Position numbers and translations under genes: made by a program
Assembly: GCA_963714745.1 (NCBI GenBank)
Contig: CAVQPK010000007.1
Location: forward strand, 135,959 to 199,958
DNA length: 64,000 nt
Origin: an uncultured Acidobacteriota bacterium
GTDB lineage: Bacteria; Acidobacteriota; Thermoanaerobaculia; Thermoanaerobaculales; Sulfomarinibacteraceae
Direction: 5' to 3'
In this document: in pieces, positions 37,624 through 47,108 of the stretch
Position numbering within the stretch: position 1 is the stretch's first letter
Layout of the letters: each line of letters starts with the position of its first letter
The notes under the pieces: generated by a model
The model's database searches: none
What the model was told of the DNA's origin: nothing
The model's input: only the letters and a program-made list of their open reading frames with translations

Positions 37624-40113
37624 TCAGGGGCCGAGGCGGGCGCGCTTGAGGCGGAGGCTGTTGGACACCACCGAAACCGACGAGAAGGCCATCGCGAGGG
37701 CCGCGAAGGCGGGGTGGAGCATCCTCAGGCCGTCCGGTAGGGCATGGAACGGAGCCAGCACCCCCGCCGCCACCGGGATCAGGATGACGTTGTAGGCGAA
37801 AGCCCAGAACAGGTTCTGGCGGATGGTGCGTACCGTCGCCCGGCTGAGCTCGATCGCGGTCGGGATCAGCTTCAGGTCGCCCCGCATCAGGGTCACGTGG
37901 GCGGCCTGCATGGCGACGTCGGTGCCGCCGCCCATCGCGATCCCGACGTCAGCGCGGGCGAGGGCGGGGGCGTCGTTGACCCCGTCGCCGACCATCGCGA
38001 CCAGGCCCTCGGCGGAGCCCTGCAGTGCCTGCACGGCCGCCGCCTTGTCCTCGGGGAGCACGTCGGCCACGACCTCGTCGATGCCGACCTCCCTGGCCGC
38101 CGCCTCGGCAGCAGCGCGGTGGTCTCCGGTCAGCAGAACGGTCCTGAGGCCGAGGCCGTGCAGCATCCGCACCGCGTCGGCGGCGCCGCCCTTGACCGTA
38201 TCCGCGAGCCCGATCACGCCCAGGGCCACCCCGTCCCTCGCGACCCACACCGTGGTCCGGCCCTCCTGCTCGAGCCGCGAAGCCTGCTCGTCGAGGGGAG
38301 TCGGGTCGATGTCGTGGCGGGCCAGGTGGGCCCGTTTGCCGACCACGACCCGATGCTCGCCGAAGGTCGCGGCCACCCCCATCCCCGGCGTGGGCTCGAA
38401 TCGGTCCGCGCGGGCAACCGTCAGCCCGCGCTCGCGAGCCGAGTCCACTACCGCGCGGGCCAAGGGGTGCTCCGAGTCGAGCTCGGCCGCCGCCGCCAGT
38501 GCGAGCACCACCCCCTCCGGCGCCTCGCCGGCGGGAGCGCGGCAGTCCTCTGCGACCGCGATCTCGGCTACCCGCGGCCGTCCTTCGGTCACTGTTCCGG
38601 TCTTGTCGAGCACCACCACGCCGAGCTTCACGGCGCGCTCCAGGGCCTCGCTCGAGCGGTAGAGAATGCCGAGCCCCGCCCCGCGACCGGTGCCGACCAT
38701 GACCGCGGTCGGGGTGGCCAGGCCGAGCGCGCACGGGCAGGCGATCACCAGCACCGCCACCATCCGCATCAGCGCGGCGGTGAAGCCGGCGCCGACTCCC
38801 AGCCACCAGACCAGGAGGGTGGCCGCGGCGATCACGATCACGACCGGCACGAAGACTGCGGCGACCCGGTCGGCGAGCCGCTGGATCTCAGGCTTCGAGC
38901 CCTGGGCCTCGCGCACCAGGCGGACCACCTGGGCGAGCGCGGTGTCTGCACCCACCTTGGTCGCCTCGAAGCGCAGGACGCCGTCCGAGGTCACCGTCCC
39001 GGCGAGCACCGTGTCGCCCGCTGCCTTGGCGACTGGCACGCTCTCGCCGGTGAGCGCCGACTCGTCGACCGCGGCCCGGCCCGAGCTGACCACCCCGTCC
39101 ACTGGCACCCGCTCACCGGGCCGCACCACCACCACATCACCCGGGCTGACCTGCTCCACGCCGATGTCCTCGACCTGCCCGTCGCGCTCGATTCGGACTC
39201 TCTGCGGCGCAAGCGAAGCGAGCTCGCGGATGGCGTCGCCGGCGCGGCCCTTCGCCCGGTGCTCGAGCAGCTTGCCGACTTTGATCAGGGTCAGGATCAC
39301 CGCCGCGGTCTCGTAGAACACGTGCTCGCCGAGGGCGGTCGAGCCGAGCGTGAGCGCGACCGTCACCGGCAGGCTGGCGAGGTAGGCGGTGAGCGAGCCG
39401 AGGCTGACCAGCACGTCCATGTTCGCGGTCCGGTTGCGAAGCGCCTTCAAGGCCGCGACGTAGAAGTCCCGACCGGTGACCAGGAGCACCGGCGTGGCGA
39501 GGACGAGCAGCAGCCAGTTGACCCACGGGGCGTGGGACCAGACGCCGGCCAAGCCGAGGTCGCGGGCCATCGAGAGCGCGAACAGCGGGACCGTGAACGC
39601 CACCCCGACGCCGAGCGCGACCGCGTGGCGGCGGGCCTCGGCGCGATCCGCCGCGGCGACCTGCTCGGCCTCGTCCGCCCCGAGCGAGCCCGCCTCGTGC
39701 CGCACGCCGTACCCGGCTCGCTCGACCGCGGCGACCAGGTCGCGCCGGGTCGCGGCGCCCGGAACGTACTCGACGCGAGCCGTCTCGGCCGCGAAGTTGA
39801 CCGCCGCGGCGACCACCCCCGGGACCTTGCGCAGGAGAGTCCGTTCGACCGTCGCGGAGCAGTTGGCGCAGGTCATGCCGGTGATCTCGAGATCGGCGGC
39901 CGTGGTCGGCACCTCGTAGCCTGCGCCGCGCACCGCGGCCACCACGTCGGCGGCGGAGGCCTGACCCTCGAGCGCGACGGTGACGGTCTCAGCGGCGAAG
40001 TTGACACTCGCCTCCCTCACCCCGCCGAGGCGGCCGAGCACGCGTTCGATGGTGGCCGCGCAGTTGGCGCAGGTCATGCCGCGAACCGGCAGCGTGAGGC
40101 GCGCCGCGGCCAC
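37624..40113 (-). CDS. copA: copper-translocating P1B-type ATPase
   Basis: ORF 37624..40113(-). Two N-terminal HMA domains (GMTCANC twice), CPC motif ([11 protein letters not shown]), [15 protein letters not shown]. Confidence 0.95.
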   Translation of the reverse strand: MAAARLTLPVRGMTCANCAATIERVLGRLGGVREASVNFAAETVTVALEGQASAADVVAAVRGAGYEVPTTAADLEITGMTCANCSATVERTLLRKVPGVVAAAVNFAAETARVEYVPGAATRRDLVAAVERAGYGVRHEAGSLGADEAEQVAAADRAEARRHAVALGVGVAFTVPLFALSMARDLGLAGVWSHAPWVNWLLLVLATPVLLVTGRDFYVAALKALRNRTANMDVLVSLGSLTAYLASLPVTVALTLGSTALGEHVFYETAAVILTLIKVGKLLEHRAKGRAGDAIRELASLAPQRVRIERDGQVEDIGVEQVSPGDVVVVRPGERVPVDGVVSSGRAAVDESALTGESVPVAKAAGDTVLAGTVTSDGVLRFEATKVGADTALAQVVRLVREAQGSKPEIQRLADRVAAVFVPVVIVIAAATLLVWWLGVGAGFTAALMRMVAVLVIACPCALGLATPTAVMVGTGRGAGLGILYRSSEALERAVKLGVVVLDKTGTVTEGRPRVAEIAVAEDCRAPAGEAPEGVVLALAAAAELDSEHPLARAVVDSARERGLTVARADRFEPTPGMGVAATFGEHRVVVGKRAHLARHDIDPTPLDEQASRLEQEGRTTVWVARDGVALGVIGLADTVKGGAADAVRMLHGLGLRTVLLTGDHRAAAEAAAREVGIDEVVADVLPEDKAAAVQALQGSAEGLVAMVGDGVNDAPALARADVGIAMGGGTDVAMQAAHVTLMRGDLKLIPTAIELSRATVRTIRQNLFWAFAYNVILIPVAAGVLAPFHALPDGLRMLHPAFAALAMAFSSVSVVSNSLRLKRARLGP

Positions 40114-40119
40114 CGTGGT

Positions 40120-40329
40120 TCAGCTCTGGTCGGCCGGGTAGCCGATCTGCCGCAGCAGCTCGTGGATCGCCTCCCAGCTCGCGGGCGGGACCCAGGCGAC
40201 CGTGACCCGGTGGGTGGTGGCGTCCCCGGAGACCGCCGCGACGCCCTCGAGCTCGCCGAGCTCGCGTTGGATCGTGGCCACACAGTGGCCGCAGCTGATC
40301 GACGGGACCGAGACCGTTCGCTCTTCCAT
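40120..40329 (-). CDS. copZ: heavy-metal-associated (CopZ-like) metallochaperone
   Basis: ORF 40120..40329(-), 69 aa. The ferredoxin-like HMA fold has ISCGHCV in place of the usual MxCxxC. It lies directly upstream of copA. Confidence 0.8.
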   Translation of the reverse strand: MEERTVSVPSISCGHCVATIQRELGELEGVAAVSGDATTHRVTVAWVPPASWEAIHELLRQIGYPADQS

Positions 40330-40468
40330 CGGGTGCCCCCCTCGGGACGTCGAACCGTCCCAGTGCCACGCAACAGGCGCGTCGTGGAGGCGATTCCGCA
40401 GCCGGAGCGGCGCGCGAGCTCACGGCGGGCGGTTCTCGAGCCGGCCGGTCCCGCGCTATCCTGAGACG

Positions 40469-41218
40469 ATGACCCGACGACGGTTCGAGCACGCCGCCAA
40501 CCGTGCCTTCCCGTGCGCCGAGCGGGTGCTGCTGCTGCCCTTCGGCCGCGAGAGCTACCTGCCGGCGATCGCCGCGGCCTGGGACGGAGAGCCGATGCCG
40601 CTCGGCCCGTCCGCCGACCGGATCGTGATCGACCTCCGGGGCGCACCGGCGCCCACGACGCTCGTCTACTCGGGCATGGGCTCGCCCGCCGCGGCCAACG
40701 CGCTCGAGATGGCGGCGGCGAACGGCGCCCGGGTGGTGGTCGTGGTCGGTGCCTGCGGAGGGGTGGGGGAGGGCGTCGCGGTCGGCGACCTGGTGGCCGT
40801 CACCGGGGCGGTCCGCGGCGAGGGCACCTCGAGCTACTACGCCCCGCCCGGCTTCCCGGCGGCCTTCGACCCGACCCTGGTGGTCGCGCTCGACGGCGCC
40901 GCCCGGCGCCTCAGCCGCACCATGCGTCGCGGTGTCGTCTACACCACCGACGCGGGCTACCGCCAGGGGCCGGAGATCTACGAGCAGTGCCGCGGTCTCG
41001 TGGTGGGTGTCGAGTCGGAGTGTGCCGCCGTCGCGGTGGTGGCCGCCCGGCTCGGACTCGCCGCCGGCGCTCTGCTCTTCGTCACCGACAACGTGACCGC
41101 CCGGGACGGCTCGGATCACGCCTACCGCGGGCTCGACGACCCGCGGGTCGCGGCAGCGTTCGAGGCTGCCGTCCGAGCCTCGCTGGAAGCACTCGCTGGG
41201 CACTTCGTCCGCGGGTGA
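40469..41218 (+). CDS. nucleoside phosphorylase family protein (PNP_UDP_1 fold)
   Basis: Inside ORF 40202..41218, from MTRRRFEHAANRAF (ATG 40469). ...YSGMGSPAAANALEMAAANGARVVVVVGACGGV...VGDLVAVTGAVRGEGTSSYY...ESECAAVAVVA.... Confidence 0.75.
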   Translation: MTRRRFEHAANRAFPCAERVLLLPFGRESYLPAIAAAWDGEPMPLGPSADRIVIDLRGAPAPTTLVYSGMGSPAAANALEMAAANGARVVVVVGACGGVGEGVAVGDLVAVTGAVRGEGTSSYYAPPGFPAAFDPTLVVALDGAARRLSRTMRRGVVYTTDAGYRQGPEIYEQCRGLVVGVESECAAVAVVAARLGLAAGALLFVTDNVTARDGSDHAYRGLDDPRVAAAFEAAVRASLEALAGHFVRG

Positions 41219-41347
41219 TCGTCGCGGCTGCCTCGAGTCCGCTCCGCTCCGGGAGGTTGTGAGGGGGTTCGGAACGTCGAAGCAGACCGGCCCCGGCTTG
41301 GCGGCGCAGCGCCTCCGGGGATCCGGGAGGGCCGAGGTGCTCGGGCC

Positions 41348-41653
41348 TCAGCCCTCCCGGATTTTCGCCTGCACGCTCTCGACCTTGTCGGCCATGGTCT
41401 GGGCGCGGTCGGTGCGGGAGCCGACCCTGAGGTTGGTCGACACCCGCGGCGCGCCCATCTCGTGGAGCAGCTCGTGGCAGCGGCGCAAGGCGCCGAACAC
41501 CGTCTCCCACTCGCCCTCGACGTTGGTGCCGTAGGCGTGCAGCTGCGTCTTCAGCCCGGCCTCGGCGAGCACCTTCTCGCAGGCGGCGATGTAGCGGGAC
41601 AGCGAGAGGCCGACCCCGAGCGGCACGATGCTGATGTCCGCGATGACCTTCAT
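41348..41653 (-). CDS. MTH1187/YkoF-family (DUF77) thiamine-binding-like protein
   Basis: C-terminal 101 aa of ORF 41348..42886(-). MKVIADISIVPLGVGLSLSRYIAACEKVLAEAGLKTQLHAYGTNVEGEWETVFGALRRCHELL.... Confidence 0.85.
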   Translation of the reverse strand: MKVIADISIVPLGVGLSLSRYIAACEKVLAEAGLKTQLHAYGTNVEGEWETVFGALRRCHELLHEMGAPRVSTNLRVGSRTDRAQTMADKVESVQAKIREG

Positions 41654-41662
41654 CTTCCCTCC

Positions 41663-41690
41663 GGTGCCGTGTGCAGCAATACGATAACGC
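41663..41690. repeat. solo REP-like copy
   Basis: GGTGCCGTGTGCAGCAATACGATAACGC. It shares 24-25 of 28 positions with the copies at 57281 and 58351(rc), and has an internal GTGTGC...GCACAC stem. It abuts the RBS of the MTH1187-family gene. Confidence 0.55.
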
Positions 41691-41782
41691 ACACCACGAC
41701 GCGGCGCTCGCGTCTCCTCTCCTGCACCGGTCCGGCGCTCCCAACCGCTTCGACTGCCGAGCCGGCTCCCGGCCCGGATGCA

Positions 41783-42964
41783 ATGCGGCGACCGCGGCTT
41801 CCGTTCTCCCGCCCGATGAGCTCTGCCGCGCGCTTCGCCGTCTTCCTCGCCGTCGTCCTGTCCGTGTGGGGCGCCCAGCACCTCTACGTCGGCTGGCGTC
41901 TGACCGGTCTGCCGCCGTTGGCCGGCACAACCACCGCCCGCTGGCTCACCGGACTGCTGGTGCTCGGCTTCCTGACATACCCCCTCGGCCGCCTGCTCTT
42001 CGCTCTCGGTGCCCGCGGCGTCGGCAACGCCCTCGAGTACGTCGGTGCGGTCTGGATGGGCACCCTCTTCCTTCTGGTTGCCGCCCTTCTGGTCGCCGAG
42101 CTGCTCACGCTCGGGGGCCTCACACCGAACCCCTGGACAGTGGGTATTCGTTGGACCGCGGTGGGTGTGGCCCTGGTGGCAGCCTTCGCCGGCTGGGTGG
42201 GAGGGTTCTGCTCGCCCCGGGTCGTCGGGCACGAGGTGGAGCTCGCCGGCCTGCCTCCCGAGGCCGACGGGACGGTCATCGCCCTGGTCACCGACGTTCA
42301 CCTCGGGACCATTCTCGGCCGGGGGCGCCTGGAGTCGATCCGTCAGGTGGTCGAACGCGCCCGACCGGACCTGATCGCCGTCGCGGGCGACCTGATCGAC
42401 GGCGACGCCGGAGTGGTCGAGGAGCTGCTGCCGGAGCTCCGCCGGCTGACCGCGCCCCTCGGGGTCTTCGCGATACTCGGCAACCACGAGCACTACGCCG
42501 GACCCGAGCGCTCGCGCCGGCTGCTCGCCGAGGCCGGCTTCACCGTGCTCGACAACGCCGCCGTCGAGGTCCGGCCGGAGCTGTTCGTCGCCGGCGTGCC
42601 CGATGCGCGCGGCGCCGAGCAGACCGGGAGCCCGATCCGCGCCGACCTCGACGCCGCCTTCGCCCCGGTCACGCCGGGGGCGGCGAGCGTGCTGCTGCTG
42701 CACTCTCCCGACGCCGACCTCGCCGAGGCGGCGGCAGCAGCTGGCTGCGGCCTGATCCTCTCCGGCCACACCCACGGCGGCCAGATTCAGCCCTTCGGTC
42801 TGCTCGTGCGGCTCGCGTACCCCCACACCGCCGGCGTTGCCCGGATCGGCGAGACCGTCCACATCGTCAGCCGCGGGGCCGGCCACTGGGGCCCGCCCAT
42901 GCGCCTCGGCGCCCCCGCCGAGATCTGGCGCATCGTCCTCAGGTCACCCGTCGCAGGCACGTAG
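41783..42964 (+). CDS. membrane-bound metallophosphoesterase (YkuE-like)
   Basis: Inside ORF 41462..42964, from ATG 41783 (ATG 41816 is an alternative). Several N-terminal TM helices, then ...IALVTDVHLG...AVAGDLIDG...ILGNHE...LSGHTHGG.... Confidence 0.8.
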   Translation: MRRPRLPFSRPMSSAARFAVFLAVVLSVWGAQHLYVGWRLTGLPPLAGTTTARWLTGLLVLGFLTYPLGRLLFALGARGVGNALEYVGAVWMGTLFLLVAALLVAELLTLGGLTPNPWTVGIRWTAVGVALVAAFAGWVGGFCSPRVVGHEVELAGLPPEADGTVIALVTDVHLGTILGRGRLESIRQVVERARPDLIAVAGDLIDGDAGVVEELLPELRRLTAPLGVFAILGNHEHYAGPERSRRLLAEAGFTVLDNAAVEVRPELFVAGVPDARGAEQTGSPIRADLDAAFAPVTPGAASVLLLHSPDADLAEAAAAAGCGLILSGHTHGGQIQPFGLLVRLAYPHTAGVARIGETVHIVSRGAGHWGPPMRLGAPAEIWRIVLRSPVAGT

Positions 42965-43191
42965 CGCGGTCGCGATCCACCACCAGGACGCAACGGCAGA
43001 AGGTCCCACCAGCCGGGCAGTAGGGGAAGTGCTTGGAGGCGGTCTCACAGCTCCCCTCGGCCCGCTTCTCCAGGTTCGTTCGACGTGACTCCCAGCGGCT
43101 GCGAGTGAACCGCAAAGACCGCGAAGGGCGCGAAGGGGCCCGCCAAGAGCATTCAATTCTGTCGCTGTGGTGTGACCCAATCCGGCCCGGA

Positions 43192-44739
43192 TCAGGGTGC
43201 GCGTCGACCGGTTGCGGGTCTCGCTTCCGGCAGCCGGTCGCCGACCGCGTAGCGGTAGCGCATCCAGCGCACCGGCGAGCGTCCGTCGGGCCCCTCGATG
43301 AAGGTGAGGTCGATCAGGCCGAAGCCGGAGGCGCCGGTGTCGACCAGGAAGCTCGAGGCCGCGAACTGGTTCATCGGATAGGTTCCTGCGGCGATCACCG
43401 GTCCTCCCCTGGTCACCTCGAGCCGCAGGCGCGGTGTGGAGAACCCGTGGTCGATGGAGACCTCACCGGAGAGCCTCCGGCCGAGGTAGTCGGTGAGCTC
43501 GTATCGGCCTTCGAGGGGCGGCAGGACGCGGGCGTAGAGTCCCGGATCCCAGCCCGGGTGGGACGGGGGAAGCACCGCGTCCAGGGCGCAGAAGCTCGCC
43601 TCGACCAGGGGGGCGGGTGTGTTCGCCAGCACCGCCACGGCGAACTCCCGCTCGGGCAGCCAGAGGATGAACGTCCCCCAGCCGATCACGCTGCCGTCGT
43701 GGTACAGGACGTCGCGGTCGATGTATCGGTCGCGGCTGATGCCATAGCCGTAGTGCAGCTCGGGCGTGTAGTGACACCAGACCCGTGGTCCCTGCATGGT
43801 GACCGCCGAGGCCGGGGCGAGCACCGGCCCGCCGTCCTCCATCATCAGCTTCGCCCAGGTCATCAGGTCGCCGACGGTCGAGAAGGCCCAGCCTGCGGGC
43901 CCCCCCGACCAGCTGTCGATGTCGTCGGGCTCGACGGGGACCCACTCGTGCTCCTGCGCGTCCCAGGCGTGGCCGGTCGCGTAGTTCCCGCCAGCCATCA
44001 CCCGCGCCGCGTCGAAGGTGGTCGAGGTCATCCCGGCCGGCCCCCAGAGCTGCTGCTCGAGGTAGGTGCGATACGGCACCCCGGAGGCCCGCTCGAGCAC
44101 CAGGCCGGCGAGCATGAAGTTCGGATTGGCGTAGTTCCAGAACGCCCCCGGCGGGGCGTGGAGTGTGACGTCTCCTTGAGCTTCCGCCCAGTTGGACAGT
44201 GCGTCCTCTCCCGACGCACCGAGGTCGAGCAGCCGGTCCGGCCAGCCCGAGGTGTGGGTGAGCAGGTGGTGGACGGTGATCCGGTCCGCAGGCCAGCGGC
44301 CGTTGATCGCGAGCTCCGGGACGTAGCGGGTCACCGGGGCGGCAAGGTCGACGCGGCCCGCCTCGACCTGCTGCAGGACCGCGGCGGCGGTCATCATCTT
44401 GGTCACCGAGCCGATCCGGAAGACCGTGTCCGCCGTGACCGGATCGACGCCGCCGAGCCGACGGACGCCGTAGCCCTGCTGGTAGAGGAGCTGACCGTCG
44501 AGCATCACCGCGATCGCGGCGCCGGGCGCCTGGGTCGAGCTCATCCCGGCGCGGACGCAGGCGTCGATCCGCTCCTCGAGGGTCGTCGTCGCCGCAGCCC
44601 GAGCCGGCGCCAGCGGCAGCACCACCGGGCCCGAGTCCGGCAGGACCACGATCCGCGAGGGCAGCTCCCCTGTCACCCCGGCAGGCGGGATGAGGCTGCA
44701 GAAAACAACCGCTGCGAGCCGCCTCCACCAGCGAGCCAT
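43192..44739 (-). CDS. serine hydrolase, beta-lactamase/PBP4* family
   Basis: Inside ORF 43192..44907(-), from MARWWRRLAAVVF (ATG 44739, GGAGG upstream). Active-site FRIGSVTKMMTAAAV (SxxK), then a C-terminal beta-rich domain. Confidence 0.85.
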   Translation of the reverse strand: MARWWRRLAAVVFCSLIPPAGVTGELPSRIVVLPDSGPVVLPLAPARAAATTTLEERIDACVRAGMSSTQAPGAAIAVMLDGQLLYQQGYGVRRLGGVDPVTADTVFRIGSVTKMMTAAAVLQQVEAGRVDLAAPVTRYVPELAINGRWPADRITVHHLLTHTSGWPDRLLDLGASGEDALSNWAEAQGDVTLHAPPGAFWNYANPNFMLAGLVLERASGVPYRTYLEQQLWGPAGMTSTTFDAARVMAGGNYATGHAWDAQEHEWVPVEPDDIDSWSGGPAGWAFSTVGDLMTWAKLMMEDGGPVLAPASAVTMQGPRVWCHYTPELHYGYGISRDRYIDRDVLYHDGSVIGWGTFILWLPEREFAVAVLANTPAPLVEASFCALDAVLPPSHPGWDPGLYARVLPPLEGRYELTDYLGRRLSGEVSIDHGFSTPRLRLEVTRGGPVIAAGTYPMNQFAASSFLVDTGASGFGLIDLTFIEGPDGRSPVRWMRYRYAVGDRLPEARPATGRRAP

Positions 44740-44791
44740 GCCGTCCACCTCCGGGCGACCGAATCGCTCCCTGAGCAGAGTACGTCGTCGC

Positions 44792-44821
44792 TTGCACGGG
44801 GGTTTGACCCGATGGTAGAGT
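44792..44821 (+). promoter_or_regulatory. possible sigma-70 promoter of the tRNA-Thr gene
   Basis: TTGCAC (44792-44797), 18 nt, TAGAGT (44816-44821), about 28 nt upstream of the tRNA 5' end. Confidence 0.35.
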
Positions 44822-44849
44822 GCGCGATGCGCTCCTCCCCGGAGCGCAC

Positions 44850-44925
44850 GCCAACGTAGCTCAGTCGGTAGAGCAAGTGATTCGTAATCACTAGGTCGCC
44901 GGTTCAAGTCCGGCCGTTGGCTCCA
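44850..44925 (+). tRNA. tRNA-Thr (anticodon CGU)
   Basis: Cloverleaf read by eye. Acceptor GCCAACG/CGTTGGC, D-arm TAGCTCAGTCGGTAGAGCA, anticodon stem AGTGA/TCACT with loop TTCGTAA, T-arm GCCGGTTCAAGTCCGGC, encoded CCA. Confidence 0.93.
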
Positions 44926-45035
44926 GCCTCACAGCCCACCGCGACCCGGCCCGGCGCCGGGTCGCGCCGTGTCCGAACCGGGCTGCGGCTCTCGTCACCT
45001 CGGCGAGTGGCCGCGCGTGCGGGCGAAGATCGGGC

Positions 45036-45239
45036 TCAGCCCTTGCCCCTGGTGGTGATCTTCAGCGGGTGATAGAGGGGGCAGAAGCCCACCAGGCTGG
45101 TCAGCAGGAAGACCGCCGCGAGGACGCCGAGGACGATGGCCGCCGTCCCCGAGATCGTCCCCCGGGCGTAGAGAATGACCACCACGGCGACCAGGACCAG
45201 CCGCACGACTCGGTCGATCGCACCCATGTTCTTCGTCAT
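45036..45239 (-). CDS. DUF2892 (YgaP-C-like) small membrane protein
   Basis: ORF 45036..45239(-). MTKNMGAIDRVVRLVLVAVVVILYARG...LLTSLVGFCPLYHPLKI. Confidence 0.8.
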   Translation of the reverse strand: MTKNMGAIDRVVRLVLVAVVVILYARGTISGTAAIVLGVLAAVFLLTSLVGFCPLYHPLKITTRGKG

Positions 45240-45529
45240 CGTGAACCTCGCCTTTCCGCTCCACCCTCGATGGAGCGTGAGGTGTGCGACCCCGGGTGAG
45301 TTGGCCGATGGCCGGTAGGGCGTCTCATACCGTGATTTCCGCCAATCCAGTCTACCTGTGCACGGCGTCTATGAGGGCCACACCGCCTGGCGGGTCGACC
45401 CGGTCGGCATCGCCCACGTCCTCGGTCTGCGCTCGCTCGACGGGCTCGAGGCGGTCTTCCCCGGCCGGCTGCACGAGGTGGTGACGGGGCACCGCCTCGC
45501 GACGAGGTTCGGCGAGACGCGAAGGCTCG

Positions 45530-46810
45530 CTACTGCGCCGTGATGAAAACCGCGTCCCCGGAGAGGTTGTCCACCGCCGAGGCGTAGGCGAAGAAGACCG
45601 CGCCGGGGGTGGCGCTGGTCACGGTGATGTACCCGTCGTCGACCTGGCTCGCGGTGACGGCGGTGAAGATCGTGCTGGCCTGGATCGACTCGTAGGGTCT
45701 CAGCATGTAGCTCCGGGTCCCGAGCGAGGTGCCGTCGGCCCGGAAGAGCTCGACGTCCACGGTGAGGGCGAACGGCGACGCGCTCACCAGCCCGAGGTTG
45801 GTGCGGAAGCCGCTGGTCGGTGAGACGGACTGGGAGAGGTGAACCAGGTACCCGGTGCCGCCGGGCTGGACCGCGCGATCGAGGTCCATGGCCGGGATCA
45901 GCTGGCCGTAGGTGCCGCCGGGGTCATCGTTGTAGGTTCGGGCGTTGACCACCAGGCTGCCGCCGATCGCAGTCAGCCGGAGCGTGGCGGCGCCGGTGAA
46001 GCCGAAGGTCTGATCGAGCACGTTGCCGATGCGCAGCGCCTCACCGGGCTGTACCGTGAGCTGCTGCTGGGCAGGGCTCGAGTTGTCCTGGTTCCACACC
46101 AGCAGGGACAGGGTGACGGTGCTCGCGAAGCTGCCGCGGTTCAGGATCTCGAGGTCCGTGCGCCACCGGGTGGTGCCCAGCCCCGGCTGGTTCGCGCCGC
46201 CGGGCAGGTAGAGCGGGCCGATCATCGGGCCGGCGCCATAGGTGATCGACAGGTTGTCGAAGCGCGCCCAGGTGTCGCCGTGGCCGGAGAACTCCACCCG
46301 CCGGATGCGGAAAGCGGAGACGCACAGCGTCTGGGTGACCCCGAGGGGCGAGGTGGCCTCGGCGAGCAGGGCGCCGCCCGCGTCGTAGGCTCGGAGCACG
46401 CCGGCGTGCTGTGGTGAGCCCGGGTTGTCCGGGAGGACGTCGATGCACGCCGAGCTCGCCGGGCTGGCGAAGGTCGCCCGCACGAGGCCCTTCTTGTTCT
46501 CGCTCATGTCCGACGCGGAGCCTTGGTTGTAGAGCGTGATCACGTTCGGGGCGGAGCCGAAGCCCGCGGGTTGGTTGCTGTTGGCGTAGATCTGCCAGCC
46601 GCTCTGGCCGGGGGCGTTGACCCGGGAGAAGGTCACACCCATCGACGCGTAGACCGTGTTCAGGATGGTCCCGGGCGCGATCGTATTGGTCGACGGGTCG
46701 GTGTCGAAGTCGATCAGGACCGCCTGCGCGAGCGCAGCCGGGGCGTACGCGGCGGCTGCGGCGGTCACGACAACAACGGAAAGACGACGTGCAAGGACGC
46801 GGATGAGCAT
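45530..46810 (-). CDS. secreted protein: N-terminal beta-sandwich-like region plus one copy of an unassigned ~230-aa domain
   Basis: ORF 45530..46810(-) with a signal peptide. The C-terminal half (...LGTTRWRTDLEILN...ARTYN...GTYGQLIPA...SGFRTNLGLVSAS...DDGYITV...FFAYASAVDNLSGDAVFI) is homologous to the two repeats in the 62021.. lipoprotein. Confidence 0.7.
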   Translation of the reverse strand: MLIRVLARRLSVVVVTAAAAAYAPAALAQAVLIDFDTDPSTNTIAPGTILNTVYASMGVTFSRVNAPGQSGWQIYANSNQPAGFGSAPNVITLYNQGSASDMSENKKGLVRATFASPASSACIDVLPDNPGSPQHAGVLRAYDAGGALLAEATSPLGVTQTLCVSAFRIRRVEFSGHGDTWARFDNLSITYGAGPMIGPLYLPGGANQPGLGTTRWRTDLEILNRGSFASTVTLSLLVWNQDNSSPAQQQLTVQPGEALRIGNVLDQTFGFTGAATLRLTAIGGSLVVNARTYNDDPGGTYGQLIPAMDLDRAVQPGGTGYLVHLSQSVSPTSGFRTNLGLVSASPFALTVDVELFRADGTSLGTRSYMLRPYESIQASTIFTAVTASQVDDGYITVTSATPGAVFFAYASAVDNLSGDAVFITAQ

Positions 46811-46970
46811 CGGCGGGCCTCCTGATCGGCTGATTGCCGAGATGCTATCACCGTCCGGTCGGGCGGCGCGATGATCTGGGTCATTCCCTCCTGAAGATCC
46901 CGGTGCACCCAGGGTCGGAACCTCGCGGCTGGGTGCTGGCCGCCGACGCTGGGAGCGGACCGCTGCGGTT

Positions 46971-46999
46971 TAGACCATCGGTCTATTCCGTGCTACGAT
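46971..46999 (+). promoter_or_regulatory. putative TetR operator overlapping a promoter
   Basis: Palindrome TAGACC-ATC-GGTCTA (46971-46985). TAGACC as the -35, 17 nt, TACGAT (46994-46999) as the -10. It lies about 110 nt upstream of the TetR start. Confidence 0.4.
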
Positions 47000-47108
47000 C
47001 CGAGCCAGCTCGACCGGAATCGTGATGGCCGGGTCGATCGCGGGCCGACGCCGCGACCGGTTCCTGAGTGTTGAAACGATCCGATGACTCGATGCGGGGA
47101 GGACTGAG

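Noticed and set aside
40344-40361. Hairpin GGGACG-TCGAAC-CGTCCC upstream of copZ as a CsoR/CueR-type operator.
   Set aside because: It is only a 6-bp stem, does not resemble MerR-family or CsoR operators I know, and no metalloregulator gene is adjacent.
43085-43140. GTGAACCGCAAAGACCGCGAAGGGCGCGAAGGGG (translating as ...NRKDREGREG...), resembling another family of short dispersed repeats seen in soil-bacterial genomes.
   Set aside because: There is only one copy in this window and no clear dyad, so a repeat call cannot be supported here.
44740-44907. N-terminal 56-aa extension of ORF 43192..44907(-).
   Set aside because: The extension runs antisense through the tRNA-Thr gene. The internal ATG at 44739 has a GGAGG and is followed by a signal peptide.
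45284-45543. Two overlapping ~60-aa plus-strand ORFs between the DUF2892 gene and 45530..46810(-).
   Set aside because: No RBS and no motifs. One overlaps the 3' end of the neighbouring gene. I cannot distinguish them from chance ORFs.
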